Position numbers and translations under genes: made by a program. From a virus (Duplodnaviria > Caudoviricetes): 24,561 nt of DNA. The stretch covers positions 1 through 24,561 of the IMG/VR virus record IMGVR_UViG_3300001450_000290, one strand, 5' to 3'. The notes under the pieces were generated by a model, which saw only the letters and a list, made by a program, of their open reading frames with translations, made no database searches and had not been told where the DNA came from. Shown here piece by piece: positions 17,271-24,561 of this stretch. How positions within the stretch are numbered: position 1 is the first letter of the stretch; every line of letters begins with the position of its first letter.

Positions 17271-17470
17271 ATAATAAAGATATGAAAGAGAGAATAGAAA
17301 AACTAGAAATGAAGATTAGAGGATTGGAAAATGATTTGGATGAGTTAGAACAACAATTAGATGACAGTAATAAACTTGGAAAGGCTATACTGGAAATACA
17401 GGATTACCTAACAAAGAAGTCTAATGGCTACGATGTTGACTACTATCCTTTTCACAACCTCAAGAAGTGA
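17267..17470 (+). CDS. hypothetical coiled-coil protein
   Basis: GGTGA SD, heptads ERIEKLEMKIRGLENDLDELE. Confidence 0.7.
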   Translation: MNNKDMKERIEKLEMKIRGLENDLDELEQQLDDSNKLGKAILEIQDYLTKKSNGYDVDYYPFHNLKK

Positions 17471-17475
17471 TTATT

Positions 17476-18369
17476 ATGAAGGTAGTTTACGGACACACAG
17501 ATTCAATTTATGTTCAAGTAGATTCAGTAGAGAAGGCTCAATCAGTAATCAAAACAATCGAAGAAAGCGTTAGAGAACATTTTCCTAATACTATGGGGTT
17601 AAATCAACATCCTGTAGTATTAGAATTTGAGAAGTATTATTCTTCTTTGGGAGTGGGGACAACAAAGAATCGAAATGCAGGAATGATAACTTGGAAAGAC
17701 GGAGAATGGCTAGATGAGCCTGAATTTACCATGACTGGATTTACAGCAAAAAGAGTTAGTGAAACCCAATTTGCTAAACAGGCACAAATGGATGTTCTAA
17801 AAAGATGGGTAAATGCTGAGTCTAGAGAGGAGATTAACAAATCACTACACATTAGATATACTGATGCTATTTCCGGTAAGATAGATTTGAAAGATATAGT
17901 CAAAAGAAGTAGGTTGCGGGCAAATAGATTCAATGTCAAATGCCCCGATTGTGGTACTAAATACCACCTAAAAGAATGTATCAAACTGGACTATTCAGTT
18001 TGTAAGAAATGCTCCACGCCCACAACTAAGTTTGTAACCTTAGAAGGAAAGAAACCTTCGATAGGTTCGGGTATAGCAGGAGTATTATTTGCTTGGGAAA
18101 AGGAGAACAAGGCGTTTGATGATTCTTATCTTTCTATGAAAGTAAAGAATATACGAGACACATTTACACACCCTTTGACTCAAGAGGCTAGGCAAGTAGA
18201 ATATGTTGCAGGTATTGAATTGAAAGATTTTGATAATTATGTACCTAATTATGAACACTACGCCGAACAAATACTAGATAAGGCAAAACCAATTTACAAA
18301 GCCATGAATTGGGACTTATCATCAATAAGAACAGGAAAAATACAGAAAACTTTGGAGGAATGGTTTTGA
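17476..18369 (+). CDS. polB: family B DNA polymerase, C-terminal subunit (motif C, thumb, PIP box)
   Basis: MKVVYGHTDSIYV, LEFEKYY, KNRNAG, TGF..KR, CxxC...CxxC insert, HYAEQI, PIP QKTLEEWF. Confidence 0.93.
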   Translation: MKVVYGHTDSIYVQVDSVEKAQSVIKTIEESVREHFPNTMGLNQHPVVLEFEKYYSSLGVGTTKNRNAGMITWKDGEWLDEPEFTMTGFTAKRVSETQFAKQAQMDVLKRWVNAESREEINKSLHIRYTDAISGKIDLKDIVKRSRLRANRFNVKCPDCGTKYHLKECIKLDYSVCKKCSTPTTKFVTLEGKKPSIGSGIAGVLFAWEKENKAFDDSYLSMKVKNIRDTFTHPLTQEARQVEYVAGIELKDFDNYVPNYEHYAEQILDKAKPIYKAMNWDLSSIRTGKIQKTLEEWF

Positions 18370-19280
18370 ATATAGATGAAAAATATAAAGCAAGAATAGC
18401 ATCAATGAAAGAATACACATATGATTGGCAACCGGAGAACTACGATGACCCGTCACAACCTATATTGAAGATAAGTAAATCTTCTTTGGGGAGTTTCGCT
18501 TGGTGTGCTAAGAAATATGAATTTAATTACATTGAAAGAAGACCACAAGACCAAACAGAAGCGATGAAGAAGGGTACTATTCTACATAACAGTAGAGAAG
18601 ATTTCTTCAATGTCTTTGATGTTAAGAAGGCTGAGTCTATGAATGCTAATGAAGTATTAGATTACTGTACAAGTCTTATGCCTGTAGATGATTATTTTGA
18701 TATTAGTTTAACTGTTGCTGCTTTTGAAGCACAAAGGTTTCTAGATTCTAGAGTAGAAAACAAGATAGAAGAGTATCTACCTATTATTAATGAAGAAATG
18801 TTTGATTGTGAAGTTACTATTGATAAAGATACTCATCCCGATTTTCCCTTAGCAAGAGACTATACTGTTCATCTTCAAGGAATTATTGATAGAGTATTTA
18901 TTGAAGATGGTAATTTAATACCATTTGAATATAAAACTGGTGCTTGGTCTACTAGTGCCGCTAAGAAAACTTCCATGAGAAAGGAAATGGCTTTCTATAA
19001 ACTCATGATAGAGAATTGTGAAGTAGAAATACTAGATAAATTTGGCCTAACTAAGGATATGGAAGTTACTCATTGGGGTTGGTATTATCCTGCTTCGGAT
19101 TATGCCTATACTGAAAAGGTAAAGAAGACTTCTACTAGGGCAGTAATGAAAGGAATAGCGAAATTAATTCACGCCTACGAAAGAAAAGAGTTTAAGGCTA
19201 GGCAATTTTACGCCAACATATGCACAAATTGCTCATACTTTGGTATTTGTGAAGATGCACTACAGGACACATGGATTTGA
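18366..19280 (+). CDS. Cas4/AddB-like PD-(D/E)XK exonuclease with Fe-S cluster
   Basis: SKSSL...WC, GTILH, GIIDRV...EYKTG, CTNCSYFGIC; TTGA overlap start. Confidence 0.88.
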   Translation: MNIDEKYKARIASMKEYTYDWQPENYDDPSQPILKISKSSLGSFAWCAKKYEFNYIERRPQDQTEAMKKGTILHNSREDFFNVFDVKKAESMNANEVLDYCTSLMPVDDYFDISLTVAAFEAQRFLDSRVENKIEEYLPIINEEMFDCEVTIDKDTHPDFPLARDYTVHLQGIIDRVFIEDGNLIPFEYKTGAWSTSAAKKTSMRKEMAFYKLMIENCEVEILDKFGLTKDMEVTHWGWYYPASDYAYTEKVKKTSTRAVMKGIAKLIHAYERKEFKARQFYANICTNCSYFGICEDALQDTWI

Positions 19281-19284
19281 TATT

Positions 19285-19398
19285 ATGAATGATTCAATAG
19301 ATAGGGTAGCAATAGATGCTATAACTATTATACAGCATTTAGGCCAATATGAACTGGCCGAGATACTAATGAATAGATATGAGAAGGTGACAGCATGA
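19285..19398 (+). CDS. hypothetical protein, 37 aa (not in ORF track)
   Basis: MNDSIDRVAIDAITIIQHLGQYELAEILMNRYEKVTA*, ATGA-coupled downstream. Confidence 0.55.
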   Translation: MNDSIDRVAIDAITIIQHLGQYELAEILMNRYEKVTA

Positions 19399-19766
19399 AA
19401 GAATTAATTAAAAAGAAAGTATTATCTAAAAACTGGTCTTTTCTAGAAATTAGCGATTTAGGAAATTCTATTAGTACATTAGCCAATGAGATATATATTG
19501 AATTGTCTCTTAATGAAAGATTCGAATTAGTTAGAGATATTAGAATAAATGAAAATATGATAGGTAGAACATACGAAGATATGTTTAGAGACATTGGTTT
19601 GATACAAATACAAGCAGACATGGCAGAAGTAGTTAAGCAAATGCTTAATTCAGCAACAGTGAATTTTGGAGGAAATAAAAATGAGATATCCGAGGATGGT
19701 TTGGGCAGGGAGTCAAATAAAGAACGCCCCTCAAATGAAAAGAAGAAAGATGATAACGAAGAATGA
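19395..19766 (+). CDS. hypothetical protein
   Basis: AGGTGA SD; 3' end overlaps the primase gene by 86 nt. Confidence 0.7.
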   Translation: MKELIKKKVLSKNWSFLEISDLGNSISTLANEIYIELSLNERFELVRDIRINENMIGRTYEDMFRDIGLIQIQADMAEVVKQMLNSATVNFGGNKNEISEDGLGRESNKERPSNEKKKDDNEE

Positions 19767-20721
19767 TTATATTGATTTTGTTCACTCTCACACCAATAGA
19801 ACAAATGTGTATACTACAGTGTATGATTTTGAACATTTTTCCGAAAAAATGCCTATTGAAAGTACGGTGATTATAGATAGAATCTTTTTAGATTTTGACG
19901 CTCACGAAGGCTCTTTAGATAAAGCATGGAGAGATGTAAAGCAAGTTATGGAACTGGTAATACAGGAAAACTACGAACATACTCTTTTCTTTTCGGGAAG
20001 AGGTTTTCATATGTTTATTTTTGGTGAAAGGGCTAAGAATATGAGAGAGGTTCAAGTATTATTTAGAGAAATAAAGCAATACCTAATCGCTAAGGTCGGT
20101 AAAGACATCACTCTAGATGATAGGGTCGGCCAAACCTCTAGACTTAGAAGAGTACCTAATACCGTCAATATGTCTTCTTCCGATAGTAATGGCAATGCTC
20201 TATATTGCATACCCCTAAGAATAGCAGATTTACAATTGAGTATAGAAGAAATACTCACTTTATCTATAAGCCCCCGATATCTCCCTTTCAAAATGGAAGG
20301 AGATGTTAAGGTTATATTTCCAAAAGCAAAGTCTATTCAATCTATGGAAGGTTCTGTTTCTGTACCGCAGACTGTCGGTAATCTTCCAATACTGCCTTGT
20401 TTGCATAATGCTGTAATGGTAGAGAACCCCACCCATATTACTAGAGCCTATCTTGTATCATGGTATAGGGATATGATTTCGGGCTATCGTAATTTAGAAT
20501 CGAATGACGAAAAAGAGAAAACTCTAGAATTAGTAGTTGAAGAGTTAGAGAGAGTATTTGCAGATTCGGATTCTATTTGGTTAGATTGGGATAAAAGAGA
20601 GACTAAAAAACATGCTAAATTTACAGTGTATAATAATTACAACACCCCCCACTGTAGTAAGTTAATTAGTGAAGGGTTTTGTGTTGGTAAATGTTGGAGG
20701 TATAGTGATGCTAGTAATTGA
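19681..20721 (+). CDS. archaeo-eukaryotic primase: PriS catalytic domain fused to PriL-type Fe-S C-terminal domain
   Basis: FLDFD, SGRGFH, D...RLRRVPNT; then LPC...H..R and YNTPHC...FC...C; GGAGG SD. Confidence 0.88.
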   Translation: MRYPRMVWAGSQIKNAPQMKRRKMITKNDYIDFVHSHTNRTNVYTTVYDFEHFSEKMPIESTVIIDRIFLDFDAHEGSLDKAWRDVKQVMELVIQENYEHTLFFSGRGFHMFIFGERAKNMREVQVLFREIKQYLIAKVGKDITLDDRVGQTSRLRRVPNTVNMSSSDSNGNALYCIPLRIADLQLSIEEILTLSISPRYLPFKMEGDVKVIFPKAKSIQSMEGSVSVPQTVGNLPILPCLHNAVMVENPTHITRAYLVSWYRDMISGYRNLESNDEKEKTLELVVEELERVFADSDSIWLDWDKRETKKHAKFTVYNNYNTPHCSKLISEGFCVGKCWRYSDASN

Positions 20722-21397
20722 TTCTAGAGAAAAATCTACTTTATCCGACTTAGTAGAAAAGAAAGCAAATTCGCTTTTAGTTTCCTATGAAAGGCGTTTT
20801 TTAGAAATAGGAGATTATGTCTTTGATGATGTATGTTTCGAAGCAAAGTCAGCAATTGACTTCATTGGCTCAGTAATGTCAAAAAGAATTTGGACACAGT
20901 TAGATAACATGGATAGACACTATCAAACCAATATTGTTATAATTTATGGTTGTTTAGATTTAGCAATAGCAAATATTATAGAAAACTCTAGAAGTAAATT
21001 AACTCCTAAAGCAAGAGCAGTTCTAATGAATAATAAATTCTATGGGGCTTTAGGTAAGATAACATTAGATACTGATGCTAAACCCTTTTGGGTAAAGGAT
21101 GCAAAAGATGCTGCTTCCATAATAACTACCATCTGTAAAATGAAACCCATAACTAGAGATGTGATAGCACCTCAAGTATTCAAAAGAATAACAACTGATG
21201 ATATGAGAATAGATACACTAACAAGTATCAAAGGATTATCAATTAAAAAAGCAAAAGCATTAATAAAAGAATTTGGCTCTATTATGGAAATAGGGGAATG
21301 CTCCGAATTCGAAATGCAGACAATTGAAGGGATTGGTAAGACCCTAGCCAAAAGAATTCTTACTACATTAAACTCGGAAGAGAAGGTGAAAATATGA
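20708..21397 (+). CDS. ERCC4/XPF-family structure-specific nuclease with (HhH)2
   Basis: VIDSRE, GDY, EAKS..DF..S, IKGLSIKKA, IEGIGKTLA. Confidence 0.92.
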   Translation: MLVIDSREKSTLSDLVEKKANSLLVSYERRFLEIGDYVFDDVCFEAKSAIDFIGSVMSKRIWTQLDNMDRHYQTNIVIIYGCLDLAIANIIENSRSKLTPKARAVLMNNKFYGALGKITLDTDAKPFWVKDAKDAASIITTICKMKPITRDVIAPQVFKRITTDDMRIDTLTSIKGLSIKKAKALIKEFGSIMEIGECSEFEMQTIEGIGKTLAKRILTTLNSEEKVKI

Positions 21398-22866
21398 ATG
21401 ATGATATAAATGAAGAACAATACATGAACGAATTAGAAAACCACACGAACCACTTTAGCGAAAGCCTACCAAAAGTAGTACAAGAGTTCCAAAAGTCAGC
21501 AGCAGAGGTATCTCACTACAATGAGATTCCTGCCGCTATTTGCTTTTTTAACATACTTGGGCAAATAGTAAAGGATTTTGTTACCATAACTAATGGTAGA
21601 AATCACGAAGATACTAGAATACATTTCTGTTGGGTTCAAACCTCCGGAACAGGAAAATCCACACTATGGAATTTTATTAATCCTGTTTCTCAGAAAACAT
21701 TTGACATGATAAATGCAACTAATGAACATCCTAGTTTTCGTAACCTTGATGGAATTCCAATGAAAAGAGAATTCGATACTTTTAGTTTAACAGATTATAC
21801 CGATTCAGTTCTAATTGGTAAGTTTGTAAAACAAGAACCGGAAGAAAGAGGAGATGACCCCACATATGATAGAGTCAAGGGTATTTTAGAAGGTAATGGT
21901 TTAGCCCATTGGGATGAATTTGAGTATTCCGGTGTATTCAAACAAAGCCAACATCAAGAAAAGGCAATTGTATATTTGAATACTTTAATGAATAGTCTTT
22001 CGGGTGATTCATGGGTGATTAAGAAAGCACTATCATCTTATGATAATCAAATTATGAACTGTTATTGTGAGCGTTCAGTATTGGCTATGACTTACCCGCC
22101 TAGTAATCTAAATACAGTTATGGCAGAAAAGGGTGTTCTGCAAAGAATGCTTCTTTATGTTTGGGAAGTTCCTGAGTTTATTCAGCACAAGATGAGATTA
22201 GAACAAATAGATAAAGCAGGAACAGTCGAAGAAATAAATCAACCTGTAGATAAGTTCGCTAATGCTTTATTTGAATTATATAAAATCACAAAAGAAAGAT
22301 TCCTAGAAGTAAATGGCGACCCGCTAAAAACGATGGAGTATACTAAAGATTTCAATCAAGTTCTTAAGTTGGAATATGAAAATATGAGACGATTTCTACA
22401 GAATACTAGGAGCGATGTTTCAGCAATTGCGTCAAATTTTACAACTAGACTAATGAAGATTCTCTACAAAATGTCAGTATTGTGTAGCATAGCCTCGGCA
22501 CCATCCATAGAAAATAAAGATGAACGGTTCAAGGTAACAGGTCACAATGTCCGTCAAGCGGCTAATATTATCCGAAGATGTTATATGACATTGGTAGACT
22601 GGTTAGAACGAAGCCTAAAGGTTAAGAGACAAAGCATAGCGGAAAATTCACTAGAGTCAGTGTTTATTGATGCTTACAACAAACTAGAAAAAGATGAAGA
22701 CGGATTCCTTAACAAAACCCTGTTATTAACAGAAGTAAAAGACAAAGCAAAGAAATCGAGGGCGCAAGTATATAGGCACTATGATGTGATAAGGCACAAA
22801 TTTGTAGAGCAGAAAGAATCAAACAACAAAACATATGTTAAATTGATAAAAGGTGATGATGAATGA
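21394..22866 (+). CDS. MCM-like AAA+ replicative helicase (divergent)
   Basis: Walker A SGTGKS, Walker B HWDEFE, Arg finger GVLQR, sensor-2-like TTRL, V..A..I helix, C-terminal wHTH-like region. Confidence 0.7.
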   Translation: MNDDINEEQYMNELENHTNHFSESLPKVVQEFQKSAAEVSHYNEIPAAICFFNILGQIVKDFVTITNGRNHEDTRIHFCWVQTSGTGKSTLWNFINPVSQKTFDMINATNEHPSFRNLDGIPMKREFDTFSLTDYTDSVLIGKFVKQEPEERGDDPTYDRVKGILEGNGLAHWDEFEYSGVFKQSQHQEKAIVYLNTLMNSLSGDSWVIKKALSSYDNQIMNCYCERSVLAMTYPPSNLNTVMAEKGVLQRMLLYVWEVPEFIQHKMRLEQIDKAGTVEEINQPVDKFANALFELYKITKERFLEVNGDPLKTMEYTKDFNQVLKLEYENMRRFLQNTRSDVSAIASNFTTRLMKILYKMSVLCSIASAPSIENKDERFKVTGHNVRQAANIIRRCYMTLVDWLERSLKVKRQSIAENSLESVFIDAYNKLEKDEDGFLNKTLLLTEVKDKAKKSRAQVYRHYDVIRHKFVEQKESNNKTYVKLIKGDDE

Positions 22867-23096
22867 AATGGGAAAATACATACTTAGTATTTGAAGTAGC
22901 AAAGGGGCCGAAAGTAATAATTGATACACTGAACACTTATGGTGATGATGGTTGGGAATGTTGTTCTCAATTGATTGTTGCAGGTTCACAGATTGTTTGT
23001 TTTCTAAAAAGAAGAACAGATGTAGATGAAGAACCTAAAGCAAATAAGGAAGAAGAGAAAATTTCTAAACTTTGGTCTAATTCTCCGAAGGAATGA
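22863..23096 (+). CDS. DUF4177-like small protein
   Basis: MKWE...LNTYGDDGWE...FLKR. Confidence 0.7.
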   Translation: MKWENTYLVFEVAKGPKVIIDTLNTYGDDGWECCSQLIVAGSQIVCFLKRRTDVDEEPKANKEEEKISKLWSNSPKE

Positions 23097-23101
23097 TGTA
23101 A

Positions 23102-23695
23102 ATGTCAGTTTTGGCAATTGATTTAGAAACCAAAAATATGTCGCATGACATAGGTGGTTTTGGCAATACCCATATGTTTCAAGTCTCTACAGTTGCCACT
23201 TGGGATGGTAAAGTGGGAACCGTTTATGTGGATGAGACAATAGATAGTTTTGCTAAGTCCGGACATATTATTAAATCAATTAGACAACTTAAATATGATT
23301 TAGATGATGAGTTTTCTAAAGGAACTAAACTATTAGGCCATAATATAAGGGCTTTTGATTTACCTATTCTTAGGGATTCTTTGGATATATATTGCATAAA
23401 TAAATTTCTAAATGAAGAACAGTTTATTGATACCTCTAAACATCTAACTAAGCAACACGGGGAACGATATCAACTTAAGAATTTAGTTAAATGTACCATG
23501 AATGATTCTAAACTCATGGAAAGCGCAGATGCTCCTAGATTGTGGAAGATGGGTCAATTTGATGAAGTAGTCGAATATTGCATGAAAGATACTCAGTTAG
23601 TTTATGACCTTTGGCAATATGGTAGGGACAATGGTATAGTAAAGGGATTTTCTGTAGATAAAGCAAAGCATATGGATTTGGAGGTGAAATGGTGA
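23102..23695 (+). CDS. DEDDy/RNase H-like 3'-5' exonuclease
   Basis: AIDLET, GHNIRAFDLPIL, IDT, YCMKD. Confidence 0.9.
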   Translation: MSVLAIDLETKNMSHDIGGFGNTHMFQVSTVATWDGKVGTVYVDETIDSFAKSGHIIKSIRQLKYDLDDEFSKGTKLLGHNIRAFDLPILRDSLDIYCINKFLNEEQFIDTSKHLTKQHGERYQLKNLVKCTMNDSKLMESADAPRLWKMGQFDEVVEYCMKDTQLVYDLWQYGRDNGIVKGFSVDKAKHMDLEVKW

Positions 23696-23841
23696 CAGGT
23701 TGGGAATGGTTCGGCTTGTTTATTTTCGTTACTATCTTGATGCTTCTTTTCTTTGCTGCTTTCGGTGGAACTAATATTACCGATGAAAGTGTTGAAGAAT
23801 ATATGAAGCGATTGATGAACGAGAATAAAAAAGTTCAGTGA
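23689..23841 (+). CDS. 50-aa single-pass membrane protein (not in ORF track)
   Basis: GGAGGTGA SD, MVTGWEWFGLFIFVTILMLLFFAAFGG... Confidence 0.75.
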   Translation: MVTGWEWFGLFIFVTILMLLFFAAFGGTNITDESVEEYMKRLMNENKKVQ

Positions 23842-23845
23842 TTAA

Positions 23846-23989
23846 ATGGCATTAAAACAAGAGTGTAAGTTCTGTAAAGAACAGACTATAGCAAAAAGAT
23901 TGCTAGGGTTTTATGTTGGTTCGGATGAACAGATAAAATTATGGGAATGTAGACGCTGTAAAGGCATTTGGTCAGAAAAAACATTATGA
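23846..23989 (+). CDS. 47-aa zinc ribbon, TFS/TFIIS-C-like (not in ORF track)
   Basis: CKFC-x24-CRRC...WSE with an internal SDE. Confidence 0.65.
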   Translation: MALKQECKFCKEQTIAKRLLGFYVGSDEQIKLWECRRCKGIWSEKTL

Positions 23990-24019
23990 GGGAGGCTTCG
24001 GCCTCTCTTGTTTTTTTTT
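23988..24019 (+). terminator. intrinsic terminator
   Basis: GAGGGAGGC-TTCG-GCCTCTCTT stem, then G and T9, at the end of the + strand gene run. Confidence 0.85.
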
Positions 24020-24057
24020 GGTCTTTTGACAGTTCAAACTTTTTGAATAGGATTAAA

Positions 24058-24171
24058 TCAGGGTAGTTCTTTTTCTTCGAGTAAAACAAAACCAATAGTC
24101 TGTTTGTCTTTAAAATCTAACATTATAGTGAAATAACCTAAAATAAACCCTAATAAAAACCAAACTATCAT
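24058..24171 (-). CDS. 37-aa membrane microprotein (not in ORF track)
   Basis: ATGA-coupled to the 24168-24398 gene; MIVWFLLGFILGYFTIMLDFKDKQTIGFVLLEEKELP*. Confidence 0.6.
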   Translation of the reverse strand: MIVWFLLGFILGYFTIMLDFKDKQTIGFVLLEEKELP

Positions 24172-24398
24172 TTAATATCTTCTCTCTTTTTCCATATGGT
24201 GCATTGGTTTTTTCTATCATAACCTGCTTCATCGAAATAACTGCTTAAAACATTAGTTAATTGTCTAAAGGTCAAATCTCCTCTTTTAGATGAATTGGCA
24301 AGCATTCTATCATATATTTGCTTAGTGGTTAATTCTTCATAGCCCACAATTTTTATTATTCGTTTTATTGCTCTTTTTTTACCTGCTCTTATTTTCAT
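24168..24398 (-). CDS. small winged-helix DNA-binding protein
   Basis: RII.IV..EELTTKQI...TFRQLTNVL..YF..AGY...TIW; paralog of the 9084 and 9271 genes. Confidence 0.7.
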   Translation of the reverse strand: MKIRAGKKRAIKRIIKIVGYEELTTKQIYDRMLANSSKRGDLTFRQLTNVLSSYFDEAGYDRKNQCTIWKKREDIK

Positions 24399-24419
24399 AA
24401 TAACAACTCAAACATTTTA

Positions 24420-24560
24420 CTAATTAGATGGAGGCAAACTTCCCCAAAAGCCAATATTATCACAATAGTTAGAATATCTATTTCTCATAAGCGTTTCATA
24501 TTCAGTTGAGCCTAGAGAATTAGCACTAGTCCATGTATCAAACCACATTATATCCCATTG
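24420..24560 (-). CDS. C-terminal fragment of a possible class I SAM-dependent transferase (truncated by window edge)
   Basis: ...QWDIMWFDTW...YCDNIGFWGSLPPSN*; D-x-x-W-x-D-x-W resembles the beta4 motif of spermidine-synthase-like methyltransferases. Confidence 0.4.
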   Translation of the reverse strand, partial: QWDIMWFDTWTSANSLGSTEYETLMRNRYSNYCDNIGFWGSLPPSN

Positions 24561-24561
24561 A

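Noticed and set aside
15863-17475. Group I intron or split intein interrupting polB
   Set aside because: No Cys/Ser start or His-Asn intein ends; the gap is fully occupied by coupled ORFs, leaving no room for a ribozyme core; each half has its own stop and start
18366-19280. CRISPR-Cas system suggested by the Cas4-like gene
   Set aside because: No repeat-spacer array or other cas genes seen; solo Cas4-like nucleases are common in archaeal virus replication modules
131-20707. Longer N-termini given in the track (131, 1031, 2081, 3588, 12088, 13376, 18309, 19666, 20669)
   Set aside because: Downstream starts have SD motifs or stop-start overlaps and match where the family domains begin
834-24095. 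Minus-strand ORFs in the track (e.g. 834-1067, 8802-9116, 16601-17020, 19328-19804, 23886-24095) and + ORF 16196-16405
   Set aside because: Shadows of well-supported + strand genes, with no motifs and compositions typical of antisense frames

Overview
AT-rich, gene-dense fragment of a dsDNA virus genome. Almost all genes from 18 to 23989 lie on the + strand, mostly coupled by ATGA/TTGA stop-start overlaps with GGTGA/GGAGG Shine-Dalgarno motifs. The run ends at a hairpin + poly-T terminator, where a - strand unit converges. The gene set is an almost complete archaeal-type replisome: ATP-dependent ligase, RFC small and degenerate large subunit, RPA/SSB-like protein, sliding clamp, split PolB, PriS-PriL-CTD primase, MCM-like helicase, ERCC4/XPF, Cas4-like and DEDD nucleases. 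It also carries GroES/GroEL. This fits a tailed virus of marine Euryarchaeota (magrovirus-like, Poseidoniales host); that assignment is an inference from gene content, not a database result. Most notable features: (1) an E1/ThiF + JAB pair suggesting a virus-encoded ubiquitin-like conjugation system next to the chaperonins; (2) two divergent histone-fold genes; (3) a PolB split between motifs B and C, with seven small genes in the gap, a duplicated junction and two active-site substitutions; (4) a structured ~80-nt intergenic element after the SSB gene; (5) an apparently inactive LAGLIDADG protein, four wHTH paralogs and a TFS-like zinc-ribbon microprotein. All calls come from motif recognition by eye.
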